A stretch of DNA of 64,000 bases from Lama glama (lineage: Eukaryota): contig CM052817.1 of assembly GCA_028534125.1 (NCBI GenBank), forward strand, positions 103,852,001 through 103,916,000, given 5' to 3'. The position numbers and the translations under genes were made by a program. Under the pieces are notes generated by a model that was not told the DNA's origin, made no database searches, and saw nothing but the letters and a program-made list of their open reading frames with translations. Below, piece by piece: positions 51,951 through 64,000 of this stretch (position 1 is the stretch's first letter; each line of letters starts with the position of its first letter).

Positions 51951-54106
51951 GCTACAATGTAAGCGCTTGGCATAGCATCATTTATACTTGTGCAACTATT
52001 TTTTTTACAAAAATAGACATTGTTACAGCAAAAAACTCACTATAAGAAGAAAGATGAAGCTCTAGAGGGTGCCTTATTTATTTCATAGCACAGCTAGTAT
52101 GTTGAAATTGCAGCATAAATAATTTGAATTTTCTGTTGTGGGTGCAGTTGGCTAAACTGTACATTCACTGTGCGTAGAATCCAGACTGTGGGCTTCCGTG
52201 ATTTATTCACAGTGCACCAGGAATAAGGACTTTGATTAGTCTAATGGGGCATCGTACCCTTTAGAAAATGTTTCTTCTCTACAGAAGCAGCGGCTAGGGG
52301 ACCTGCCTTGGTGTGTAGCAGAAAGAGTAGCTTGATTGAAGGGTTTTGCTTCAGACCTGCTGAAGTTCGATTAGAGCTTTTAAATGCATCCGGCAAGATT
52401 TAAACAGTCAGCAAATGAGGGAAAGAGTGAATTCCTCCCCAGATGTCACTTCTGACTCTGAGAAGCGAGCACACACATCGCTGGAGTTAATAGAATGCTT
52501 AAAGGTGGGATGCAGACGACCACGTCTTCCAAACGTTCTGCAGCAGCGGGTGCAAAGGAATGAAATTGTCTTTCTTTTAAATACACCTCTACTGCTCTCA
52601 CTGTGTTCACTCTGAATCCCCAGAAGAAAACAAAAACCTTTGTTATTTAAGGTTAGCTTTTATAAAGTAGTTAAACTCCTTTCTTAAATGGACTGTGATA
52701 CCAGCAGACACGAACATATCTTCCTCCAAGTATTTTAAAGAAAAATGCTCTTGCTATGAAAGTACATGGAAGAAGATTAAATGAACTTTGGAGCTTCTTT
52801 TTACATTTCTGTTTTTTTTTTTAATGTCCAGTTGCTGAATGTCCAACAGTATCAATACTTAGAAAAAGCCAGTTCTTAAAACAACAAATATTACTAAGTA
52901 TTTTCTATTTCATAATCTATGCTGAACTTTGTTTACTAGCTAGAAAATAGGTTTACTTTTCTCAGGATAATAATAATAATAGTAATCTAATTACAACGTG
53001 CTCTAAAACCAGATGATTGTGTTCACTGACTTCCTTCCTTGAAGATATCTGCTGAAATGATAAACTGCTTAAATTAGCCAGGTCTTCCAATCCTCATTCA
53101 CCACGAGTCCTATCCATGGACACTTCCTTTGCACTCTTTTTATGTCCCCAAAGCAAAAATCATGTTGAAAATGTCGTTTATTTTTGTCACATTAATTTCA
53201 GATATTCTGTTTAGTACATCTCATTTTGAAATTCTTGCTGCTCTATTTCTGATCTCAGTTTTTTCTTAAACCAAGCCCAGGTTTATTTTATCTTCTAATT
53301 CTTTCTCTAGTGCAAAGGAGTACACATATGTAGTGTTACGTTTCCAGTGACTTTCTTAGCCCCTACGCCTCTCAGTCCCGTTGGCTATCTTGAGGCTATA
53401 TCCACTTAGGACCTCTGCCTATTTGTAGTCATGCCAGGAGCTCCTGGCACCCATCGAAGCCTCCCCTCCCCACCGGTCTCCCAGTCCCAGGAGCAGATGT
53501 TCCCCAGCACAGGATGCTCCACAGTCTGTTCTGAGTCATACCTTGGGCTCTAGTTATAAGCTGTGGACTGACTATTGTCATCTCAGTGTTGTGGTGGGGG
53601 AGGTTTTCGAGCCTTCCTGGGGAGTGAGTCCTATTCTATTTATTAGGAAAATACAGCCACAGTGTATCATTTCTGCAGTCTTTCCCTCTCTATCTTGTGA
53701 GTCTCACCTTGCCCGTGTCTCCTGAGCACCGGGAATTTACAGAATCTGTGGGAGAACCTGAAACTCTTCCTGAGGCCATAAGCCCTTTCAGAAAAGGGAT
53801 GTTGCCTTTTTCTTTTGAGATTTTGGGGAAAAAATTGTTTCTCAAGTATCTTTTTTGTACGAACTTAATACATAGCCAGAAGTCTTATTTTGTCAATTTT
53901 GGGGAGGACGGAAAAAAATTGAGTCCAGTTTTTATAATCACAAGATATTTGCCAGTTGACCCTCAATACTTAGAAAAAATCATAACTCGACATTCATTTT
54001 TACAATGCCTCTTTCACTATAAAATTCAGACTTTCTCCCATATTGAAGGTGAATTGATCTAGAATCAGAATTATTTTCTTACGTGTATTTTATTCCATTA
54101 TCATTT

Positions 54107-54255
54107 GCAATTTCTTTTTTCTTTTTTAGGTTTTTTTTTGGGGGGATTTAATTAGGTTTACTTATTTATTTATTTTTAGAGGAGGTACTAGGAATTCAAC
54201 CCAGGACCTCTTGCATACTAAGCATGCACTCTACCACTTGAGCTATATCCTCCCC
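54107..54255 (-). mobile_element. vic-1-like tRNA SINE with TSD
   Basis: Antisense copy; TSD TCCATT(A/G)TCATTT at 54094-54106 and 54256-54268. Confidence 0.88.
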
Positions 54256-54305
54256 TCCATTGTCATTTTTTTTTAAATTGACATTTCTTATGCATCTTAC
54301 ATGGG

Positions 54306-54804
54306 TGTGGCCATGGAATAATGGCTCCCTGCCCCCAAATCTCCATTTCCTAATTCCTGGAGCCTGTGAGTGTTACTTTATCTGGCAAGAGAAAGTTTGT
54401 GGATGTAACTAAGCTAAGGATCTCGAGAAGGAGATATTACCCTGGACTATATGGGTCAGCCAGATGTAATTGCAACAGTCTTATGAGAGGGAGACCAAGG
54501 AATCAGAGAAAGAGTTGTGATGACTGACAAGCAGAGAATGGAGCGAGGTGCTTGGAAGATGCAAGAAGAGGCAGCTAGCCAAGGAATAGAGGCGGCCCCT
54601 CAAAGCTGAAAAAGGCAAGGAAACGGATTCTGTCCTCAGAGTCTCCAGAATGAGCCAGCCCTGCCTCTATAACCCCTCAGCTATAGCCCCTGGGGAAACT
54701 GAGTTTGGATTTCCCACCTCCACGACTGTAAGATAATAAATTTGGGTTATTTTGGGCTGCTAAATTTGTGGTAAGTATTTGGAGCAGCAATAGGGAACTA
54801 ACAC
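54306..54804 (+). mobile_element. MaLR (MLT1C/D-like) solo LTR
   Basis: 'aataatggctccc...cctggagcctgtgagtgttacttta...ggaaacggattct...ctgtaagataataaattt...gcagcaatagggaactaacaca'. Confidence 0.85.
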
Positions 54805-57800
54805 AGTCAGCTTAAGTATGTAGGAGGGTATGAGATTTGCCTCTCTCTGATGATGAGAGACAATATCTTACTGTACTTGGGTTTTATATGAAACTAGATT
54901 GACTCACGTGACTTTTAAACACAGCCTCTTTGCACATGGGAGGCGGTTTGGATATTTACAGTCTCAGGGTAATACAATAGTAACTTTTTCTTTTCTAGTA
55001 TTATTGAAAATGTGTGTATATATGTTTGCTTAAATATGTGTGTGCTTATCATGGAACATTAATAGGTTTTAAATGCATTACAAAGATGATAATTTAATCC
55101 TCACAGCTCTGTGAAATAGATGCTGTCATCCCAATTTTATAATAAAGAAACCAAGGGTTAGTTGACCCAAGTGATAGACTTGAAATCCCAGCTATGATGT
55201 TTCTGGTATTTCAAAAGCCAAATATTCATTTTACCACCATGTTACCTTGTCTTCTGCGTTTTTGACATTTCTTGAAACCTTTTGAGCAATACAAGATGAT
55301 ACATTTGAAATGCATCATTACATGTGACTTTACTGGTTCACTTCAAATGCAAAAGAAATATTTTTTTCCTTCTTCCTCCTTGTTTCTTCCTTTATATTAT
55401 ATTTTATTTTACAGGTAACTACTGTGTACTGATAAAACATCTCTATAAGCATAGTGACTCTGATTATGATATTTGAGTTCCATAAATTATAGAGTATTTG
55501 AAGGCTTATGAAAACTCTTACTGTCTTAAAGTGCATTAATCTCAGATGTATTCCTATAAAAAGGATATAAAACCTCTAATATCAGACCAACACTGGAAAA
55601 TAAATACTGTGCACTAAAAAGGATATACTAGAAAAAAATACCACCAGAATTTCTTATATCAAGATTGGTTGTTTGAATAAGATTGTTAAAGGAAAAAGGG
55701 TACTTTAAAATGGGGAGATGTTGAGTGGTTGGTGGTTTGATATTATTAACTTTGTGCTTTATTTTCATAATACTGTCAGAGATGAGAAAGAATGGAAATA
55801 CAGAGGCATTGTGACTTCCATCAAATTTTACTTCTGTTCAGGAGTTGGACCAGAACATATTCTTACAGGTCATAGTCTATTGCATTTTGAGAAGTACAGA
55901 TAATTCTTTCAAGTCACCAGTATTGTTTTTAGAGGACATACACGATATGCCGTAAAGTTAAAAATAAACTTGTGAATTGGCGGAGTGCAGATTAGGTTCG
56001 TTGGTTAGTTGGTTGGTAACTACGGCTAGTTGGTTAGTAAGTATGACTAGTTGGTAACTAATTGCATATTGATCTCCAGAATGAATGCAAGAACTCTGGC
56101 AGGGAGAGGGTTTTCACCTTCTCCGCCAGTGTTCCACCCTGTGCTGTGTGCGTTGGTACTGCCCAGACCGTCAGGAAGAGTTCAATTTCCAGGTCGAAGA
56201 TCTTCAGGTGTACAAAAGCTTTGCCTACCATACAAAAGGTTTGTTGGTCATAAACTGACTGTCCTCACTGGAGTGAAAGATGCTCTAAGACAGAGAGCTT
56301 GTCTGGCGTATTCTTTGTTGTGATATCTTCATTCAGGATCTGGAAAAGTGCATGGAATATATTAGCATCTCAATAAATAATGTCTGAATGTATGAATGAA
56401 TTGACCAAACCTCCCCTTCCATGGTCACATATACACCTACAGACCAGGAGATCATATATATATGTTTAGGTAAGAATCATGTCTCATTTAAAAAAAATTT
56501 TTGCTTTGTTTCATGATGCTTGCTTGTTATCAGTTCATTCTCTGAGCACAGTCTTGTTTCTGCGTGGCAATAATCTTGCTATTCACCCCCGTGGAGTTTA
56601 GAGCTTCGTGGCTCTCAGATCAGGCTCTGTGTTTCTCAGAAGGGTATGTTCTCTACTATTTGGGTTCTTTCATGAGGATCTGAGAACAGCAATGTATCCT
56701 TATAGGCAAGCTGTCATATATCTGTGTCTTGGGCCCCCCTAGATCATGGAAGCACCATCATACTCAGAAGAAGTTGGAATTAGACAAATCCCAACTTCAA
56801 CATTGGACGTAGAAGAGTCTTGTTCTTATAAGTAAGTATTTTAATTAAATGAGTAGTATCCCTCTCTTCCTCATTTCTTACTGCAACTGATCAGTGTGGA
56901 CTCCCCGTTCCTCCCCCTTCCCTCCAAGTAAAGGCAGTTTATGAATCAACGCGGCCTGAAGTGCTGTCTCACTGCTGAGCAAGCTGTATATATGTAAGGC
57001 TGATCTTCTACAAAGAACGTCAAACAAATTCTCTTGATGCCAACTATTGGGTAAAATGTCTACATTTTTCTCTCTCCCTCTTCTACCTACTCCTAGAAAA
57101 TTTCAGGAATATCAGATTACCATTCCTCACGTCCCCTGCCCCCAACACAGGCAAGTGATCGAGTCTCTCTCATTTGATTTAATTTATTAGTTCATCTCAA
57201 CTGCTCTCCTTTTTAAAAACAAAATTTTAGAGTCTAATAGGATTAGGGATAAGGCTAACTTCTTAAATACTGTGTACTGACAAAACACGTGTATAGAATA
57301 CATTGTGTGAGATGTCATGAGCAAACATTTTCTATTCATTTTAATTAGCTCTAAAATAGATTCTTTTCATTTTGGTCCTCTGAGCATCTTGATTCTGGCT
57401 TCCGGTTTACCCTACTATCTCCAAATTAATGTCCACAAAGTACAGAAACTCCTCGGTGACTGCAGAACTCATAATTAACAATTTTCCTTAGCACTGTTCT
57501 CTGTTCAACAGCTGTTAAGACTTTCTTCGTATGTTTCATTTTGGGGACTAAGATTAGGAATATGTTTCCATTCTTCTAAGAAAAAAAAAAAGCAGCCTAG
57601 TGCAGACACAAGAACTAAATAATTTACCCACTTTAGGAAATGGGATAAGCTGTCTTTTATCAGTGTGATGAATGAAAAGGAAATAAAAATAGCTAAGAAC
57701 AGGCCAAGGAAATCAATTCCACATCATTCATTAACATGACACAGGAGGTTCAGGGGGGCCCTGGGAAGAGAGGGGTGATTGAGAGCAACATCTGTCCTCT

Positions 57801-60124
57801 TTGCTAAAAGAGAGGCTTGTTTCTGGCAAAGAAAAGCACTTCCCCAGTTCTCCACTGCCCCAGTTCTGCAGGCCAGTCCTCAGCTGGGAAGTCACTAGGG
57901 GCCGTTCCCGCTCAGCTGCGTTTGGAAGGACACAGAGCAATGAGGTGTGGAATCTCTGCCAATGCCAAGTGAACGATTAAATAAAAATGAGCATATTTGA
58001 AAGGGGTTTTCTAGAACCTCTTTTTTTTTTTTGAAGGTCGCGGTTTTTCTTCATATATACAAGACACATTAATCCATTAAATTTGAGGACACGGTACGAA
58101 AAAAAAAACCACTTTAAATAACTCATGTGACAACGCTGTTCATAGTCATGATGCCATTTTGTTGCTGTTTTGTTTCCTAACAACAAAGGAGGAGACTTGG
58201 GGCTCCCACCTCCCCCACCAAACCCCGACACCACCAGAATGAACAGTAGGAGGAGCAGGAAGGGAAGGGCCCACAGCAAAGTTCTATAATCTTGAGTGCA
58301 AGGGTAGAGGAGGAGAGGAAAGGAAGAAAAGGAAAAGAATATGAATCCTATAACACATCACTTCTTCATTCATCTTTGTGCAAAATCAAGCTGTTTCCCA
58401 CAATGTATGTGGTTTTCATTTATTCATTCAACAAACTCTGGGCACAGAGGTGGGGCTGGACTCAGTTCGAGGAACCGGGGAAACATCAGTAAATAAACAA
58501 AGCTCCCCTGCACCCAGCTCCCCCTCACCCACTCCCTGGGGGGTAATCCCAGCTGTGAATGCCAGGACGAAATGAGCTTAAAAACATCCAGAAATGTGAA
58601 TGCTGGTCTATGAGCCTAAAACAAAAACAAAAACAAAAATAAAAAACTGGAAATCTCTTTAAAGAATTAAATTATTTTACTTCCATTTACATTATTTACA
58701 TTATTTTCTTAAGGACACAGAAAGAAGGATGGTCTGGACTCATTTAGGCAGTATGAAAGTCACTAGAATGTACACAGCTCTTTGTAAATCTGCATTCATT
58801 CCCTCACTCATTTATTCAACTAGTTATTAACCCTGGTGCCAGGCATTGGCGCTACGTGCTGCATGATTAAAGCATCTTTTAAAACGACGCATCAACACAT
58901 CTCTGAAGTGAGAAAACTAAGCACTCGGACTCTATATTTAAGTTCACACACATACACAGACAGGTTTGGGGACATCCTCATTTGACAGGCTTGTTCAGTA
59001 CTGCACATGGTGCCAGAGATGCCGAGAGGGCCTTTGGGTTTAGCCATTAGATGTGGTCTTTAAAGACTAAGTGTGTGTGAACAAGTCAACTTAGATCTAT
59101 TGTCTCTTCAAAAGACAATGGATTGTAGAGAATCATGAAGTATATTTGCTTTTTAAAAGTATGGGGAATTTTTATTTTATGGTGATGAGTCTACCTGTTC
59201 AATACCAATATTCCTTTTGCCTCGTTATTACTTGAGCCCAATACCTAGGGGACTCCTTTTCTATATCCTCATGCTGCCGAGGCCTTGTATGCTTACGTCT
59301 GCTTAACTCGTGTTCACAACTAATGAGAACAGAGTCTCAGCTCTAACCTTCCCTGCCTGCTCCTCACACCTGGGGGTGTGAGGTCATGGGCTGTACACTC
59401 GCCAGATTAGCTCTTAACCATAATGTGACTTTGTCTCAGCAGCAATCAAATCGTTGGCCTGACAGAATTCCTGTTATTGTTAAAAATACTTTTCTAGAAA
59501 TACCCGATCTTATTTACATAATTACAATTAAGAACATTATGAATGATTTTTATTATTATGAGAATCATGAAAACAGGTTTTTTTATTTCACAATTTTTCA
59601 TCGATGGCATTTATCTCATGGTTAACATGTTAGTTATACTGTAATAATTATGCTTCAGAGAACTTTCTGCTTTTGCAATGTATTATCAGCTTCTGGAGTT
59701 CTGGAATACTGTAGTGTTGGCAAAAGTGAGGAAATAAACAACTTGGAAAGAAATGGCAGCAGATGATAAAAATAACCAAAGTTGCATTTAATAGGGAAGC
59801 CAAGTCATACGTTAATATTTGCAGCTGACCACAGCATGTCATACAGTAGTAAGCCGTCCCATCTGTGGGATGGAACTACAGGAAGAATTTAAAGTTGTGG
59901 CCTGTTGATTATAGATTTAGTACCTAGCAGGGTGCTTGGCACCTGAAAACTGTTTAAGTGCTGTTTGCCAAAGGGAGAAGTTAACTAGTGAGTCCATGAA
60001 TTGCTTTTGGTTATGCAGAGTCGAACTTTTTAAATACAGAGAGCCAAAGATTTCTTTAGTTTAATAAGCTGTTTCCTTAACTTGTAGGCCTAAGTGGTGG
60101 GTTCAGGATGGGTGTGTTCCTTTG

Positions 60125-60755
60125 TTGGAGGTTAACAAACTCAAGTTCAGCTGCTCACCACTCAAAACCCAGTAATTTAGGAGGCAAGTGTCAGTAGAAA
60201 GAAAAGGTGCTTTAATCGGAAAAGCCAGCAATATGGGGAGAAGGTGGACTCATGTCCAGAGACCATCTCTGGAGATTCTGCTCAGCTGTGACAGTTTTTA
60301 TTTTTATTTTTTTTTACTTTTTTTTTTATTGAGTGATAGTCATTTTATAATTTTGTGTCAAAGCCGTGACAGTTTTTAAAGGGAAAAGGTGGGGGGGGAA
60401 ATCTCAGTGAATCATCAAGGCAGGAGGTTGTGTTCTGCATCATCTCTGTTGTGTGCAGACTGGCAGACTCTTTCTTTGGATGTTATCTTGCCCTCGTGAT
60501 CTGCCTGCAGGATTGCTGAGGGGGCTGTTGTAAGTAAGATCTAATAATTCTTTAACTGCTTAATTCTTCCTTCTTCTTTTCATCTAGGAAAAGAATCAGT
60601 GGGTTAGGCAAGGCATGGTTGGCATTCAGGAGAGCCTAAGTCAGGAATTAGTTTCAATTGCTTAGTGATATCGTTCCTATAATAAGGTTAAGGTTAGAGG
60701 GTGACAGAAATGGGCGAACAGGAAAGGGCAATGAGCTTTCAGTTCCCCACTGTCA
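60125..60755 (-). mobile_element. ERV solo LTR with a nested micro-L1; boundaries approximate
   Basis: LTR-like text, minus-strand ATTAAA near 60211 and end 'ccccactgtca'. Confidence 0.6.
60301..60361 (-). mobile_element. Extremely truncated L1 3' end with TSD
   Basis: Poly-T plus 'attgagtgatagtcattttataattttgtgtcaa'; TSD AGC(T/C)GTGACAGTTTTTA at 60284-60300 and 60362-60378. Confidence 0.8.
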
Positions 60756-62510
60756 AACATCATTCTGCTTTTATGGATTAGGGGTGAAACTCTGTCTCCT
60801 GTGACTTCTTCATGCTGACCTGGGGCACCGTGTTCTCAGAGTAGAGGATGTTGATGTGGGTCCGTAGCACCTCTTTGCTGACAATTACATATATAGGTAG
60901 AGCAAGCTACAATTATTTTGATGCCCACAAAGATATAGATTATTATGAACAGAAGCGTCAACCCCATTCTCTCAAGGCCAGTTCTTGGACTTGTGCTAAA
61001 CATAGACTCAGTGCTGCTCAAGATGGAGCAGCCTGTGCCATGGCTGCAGCCTGGGCTTCATATGGTTGGTTTCTCCTCTAGGAAACTGCTCTGTGAAACA
61101 GCTCGGAGCGTGCATCAGACACTGAGTCTGTGACTCCCCTGTCCTAATTGTTAACTGCTCAGTTTTGTACTGAGTGGGGAGGGCTGCACAGTTCTACTCC
61201 GTTTCAGTCAGTGAGAGGACATGTCTGCAGACTGATCTGCAAGCTCCAGGCTCCCTGCTTCCCACGCCCACTTCCCCTGTTCTTAGAATGTATGTTCCAC
61301 ACACCATTCCCTCAGTGGGAGCTGTTTGCAAGGATGCAGCCTGGAGAGAGCAGTGTGTTGCTGAGACAGAATATGGGACTGAGCCCTGTTAAGATCTCTG
61401 TACAGACTTGTAAGATTCTGGCGGATGAGTGCAGAGATCTGCTGTCTTCTGCACCCAAGACAAGCCTCCTGTGTAAGATTCCTTGCTCATTGAAAGCTGC
61501 CATCTGCCAGTCTGGAGTGGTGCCTCTTCTGTCCATCTCTCTTTGCCCTTTGTGGCCAGGGCCAGTTCCAAGTTTCACTCTCTCAAGATTGCAAATAAAC
61601 ACAGTTGCTATGTTTAGACCTATTTTGTAGGTGTGCACATGGATGGATAGAGAAGTTAGGTTTTGCCAGAATTTATAGTTAAGTAGTGGCAACAGGAAAA
61701 GAAATGGCTCTTAGGCTCCAAACTTATTTCATTATACTAGCCCATTAAAGCTAGTTGCCTTTCTAGATCTTTTTTTCCTCCTCCCTCCCTCCCTTTCTTC
61801 CTTCCTTTTTTAGGAAATTCTTTCATTCTCATTGTGTGGTGAAAAATGGATGGGCAGAATTTTCCTGAGCCATTAAAAAGCCAGTTAATATAAATCATCA
61901 CTAACTTGCCTGAGAGCAAGTTTTCCGTCTGAAGCCAGCCCAATTTGAACCCCTTTCTGGTGATGAGACACATCCTTTGCTCTTAGTCCCAGCAAAGCAG
62001 AAGAACAGAGCAACCTGGGGGTTAGCTTTGAGAGGTCACCTGCCACACCTGCAGGCAGAGGTGGGAAGAGAGTGGACTTCCTACTGACAACACTTGCAGA
62101 CTTTCTCCGAGGTTCAAATGTAACCTTAATACAAGTATAAGCAACTCTTACTGTGAAAGAAAATGATCTTGCAGTAAGTTGGTTGCAGTTTCCAAGATGT
62201 ATTATTTTAAAATATGAATGTTTGCTTTAAAAGGAAAGAAAAAATAATTTTTCCTATAACCCCTGCTACATATTACAAAATAAATGGAGTAAGGAAACTG
62301 ATTTGCATGAAAAAATGATGGTAAGGGGCCTCTGGGACCTTTGAAGCTGCTAGTTTATTTTACAATGGGCATTGTATATTCCGTCTGTAGCCCGGAAAAC
62401 AAAATCCTTTCTGGTTAATATTTCTGTTCTCTTTGCCTTGAATTAATACCAGTATTACCTCTGTGCTTTAACACCACTCCCTGCTGTTTACTGAACATCC
62501 CTACCTGATA

Positions 62511-62557
62511 CCTTCAAGAACACTGGCAATTCTCCTTCAAGAACACTGGCAATTCTC
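62511..62557. repeat. Perfect 23-bp tandem duplication
   Basis: CCTTCAAGAACACTGGCAATTCT occurs twice in tandem. Confidence 0.95.
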
Positions 62558-64000
62558 AGAATAGTCAGTTTGGTGGTTTAGTCTCTCATCTGTCAAGAAG
62601 ACAGCACTTGCTTTCTCTTGGTGGTCTGGGTAGCAAATCCTCCCTTTTCCAGCTGTGAACCTTCTGCCTCAGCGTTTTGTATTCATGAGGTTGATACTAA
62701 TGCTGTCTCTCAGTACAGCAAATGCAAGTTCATTAACTCCCATTGAACAAGTAACTCTGTTCTTTCCTCAACTACTTGTTTTTAAGTAGAAAAAGGAAGA
62801 GGTTGCTGTTGAAAATATTATATAGTATAGTAAGCCTACCAGATTGGTGATTGGAAGAGAGAATGTATACATGTGCATATGTATATATGCATAATTTTAT
62901 AATACAAGATTTACATTGCATCTTATCTTTCTTATGTAAAATCTGAAGCACATACAATGTCAGAGAGGACAATAGAATGAACACCCACATTTCTACTGCC
63001 CAGCCTCAACGATGATCAACTCGTAGCCAGTCTTTTTTGGTCTTCCTTCCACATTCCTCCCATCCCCCCAGATTATACTGAAGCAAATCCCAGACATTTC
63101 ATTTTGCTTGTATATTTCAGTATATATTTTTAAGACACAAGGACTCTCCCATAAAAATTGGCACCGTTGGAAGCATAGTTAATAGAGACAGCTCCTAACC
63201 AACTAATTATATTGAAGTGTTTCCTCTTTCCAAGTCAATTTGCAGAACCTCTCACTCAAAACTACAATCTGATGATGCTGAGTTGGCATCCAGACTGTAT
63301 CACAGATGCCCAGTTAATCAAGACGCAGTTCAAGTGTGGCACAAATTGCACTGAGTTCTAGGTGCTGAAATCAAGGCTTTTCTTTCCTGTGCTCAAGGCC
63401 AGTCCTAAAGTCTAAAGCTCATCTTTTCTGCATCTGGGAAGCCAGCTCTGGTCTGCAGATCACCCGCCCCACCCGCTCTGCTGCCCCCACTCCAGGGCTC
63501 CCAGTCTCTTCGACCCTCCACATTGCTGCCTGCTGGCACCGCCTCACTTACTCCCAACCCCAGAGCGATGTCTGCTTCTCTCAGAGTCCCATTTCCAGAG
63601 TGAACTTTGCTAGAAAGGCAACCCGCATTCACATACACTAAGATGCATGAATTAGAAATAATAATTTTTCTAAATGCATCCTCTTCCTTGTTATTTTTGA
63701 TCACAGTCTTTGACAAGTAAGACAGGAATATCAGAGATCGAAGCTGGCACAGCAGACATCTGTGTGTCTGGGTCACAACGTGTGCACTCCAGGCTTCCTG
63801 AAAGTGGCAAATAGAGAAGGCACAGCAGAGGCACGTTCTGGCCCATTATTCTGTCTTCTCTTCCTGTTTGCACACCTGGAGTTTTTCTTTGTCATAGCTC
63901 AGTAGGAATAACCAGAATAAGAGAAAGAATAAGTTGGAAGGAGAAGAATAAAAGGTAGAAAAGCAAGACAGAGGTGAGGGAAATCCAGGAAGGAGATGGG

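Noticed and set aside
60836..61630. Small TM-like minus ORF (61 aa), 160-aa plus ORF and a CTCF-like motif near 60865
   Set aside because: No recognisable homology or solid exon structure; the CTCF-like motif mismatches an invariant core position.
1..64000. Novel multi-gene system, CRISPR array or operon; naming the host gene
   Set aside because: This is eukaryotic intergenic and intronic DNA with no repeat-spacer array or intact coding genes. No coding exon is present to identify the gene, so no symbol is assigned.

Overview
This is mammalian genomic DNA, most likely camelid, inferred from four tRNA-derived SINEs that resemble the vic-1 family and from matching young L1 3' ends. It is AT-rich and repeat-dense, with one 500-N assembly gap (33304-33803). 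The main functional landmark is a CpG-island promoter (~28950-30700) with + strand GTGAGT splice donors. These imply a probably non-coding first exon followed by a long intron running past the window end. I could not identify the gene, and I found no supportable protein-coding exon or RNA gene. The supplied ORFs are L1 ORF2 remnants, GC-rich artefacts or random. The most notable observations are a near-consensus REST/RE1 site ~11 kb upstream of the island, a perfect 45-bp inverted repeat straddling an L1 junction, and a sense-oriented CpG-rich intronic LTR with NRF1-like motifs and a degenerate poly(A) signal. Also noted are candidate antisense exons, an E2-box cluster, a local 100-bp duplication and an L1 twin-priming inversion. 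I see no evidence for a new multi-gene biological system. Repeat family names come from visual recognition and boundaries without a target-site duplication (TSD) are approximate.
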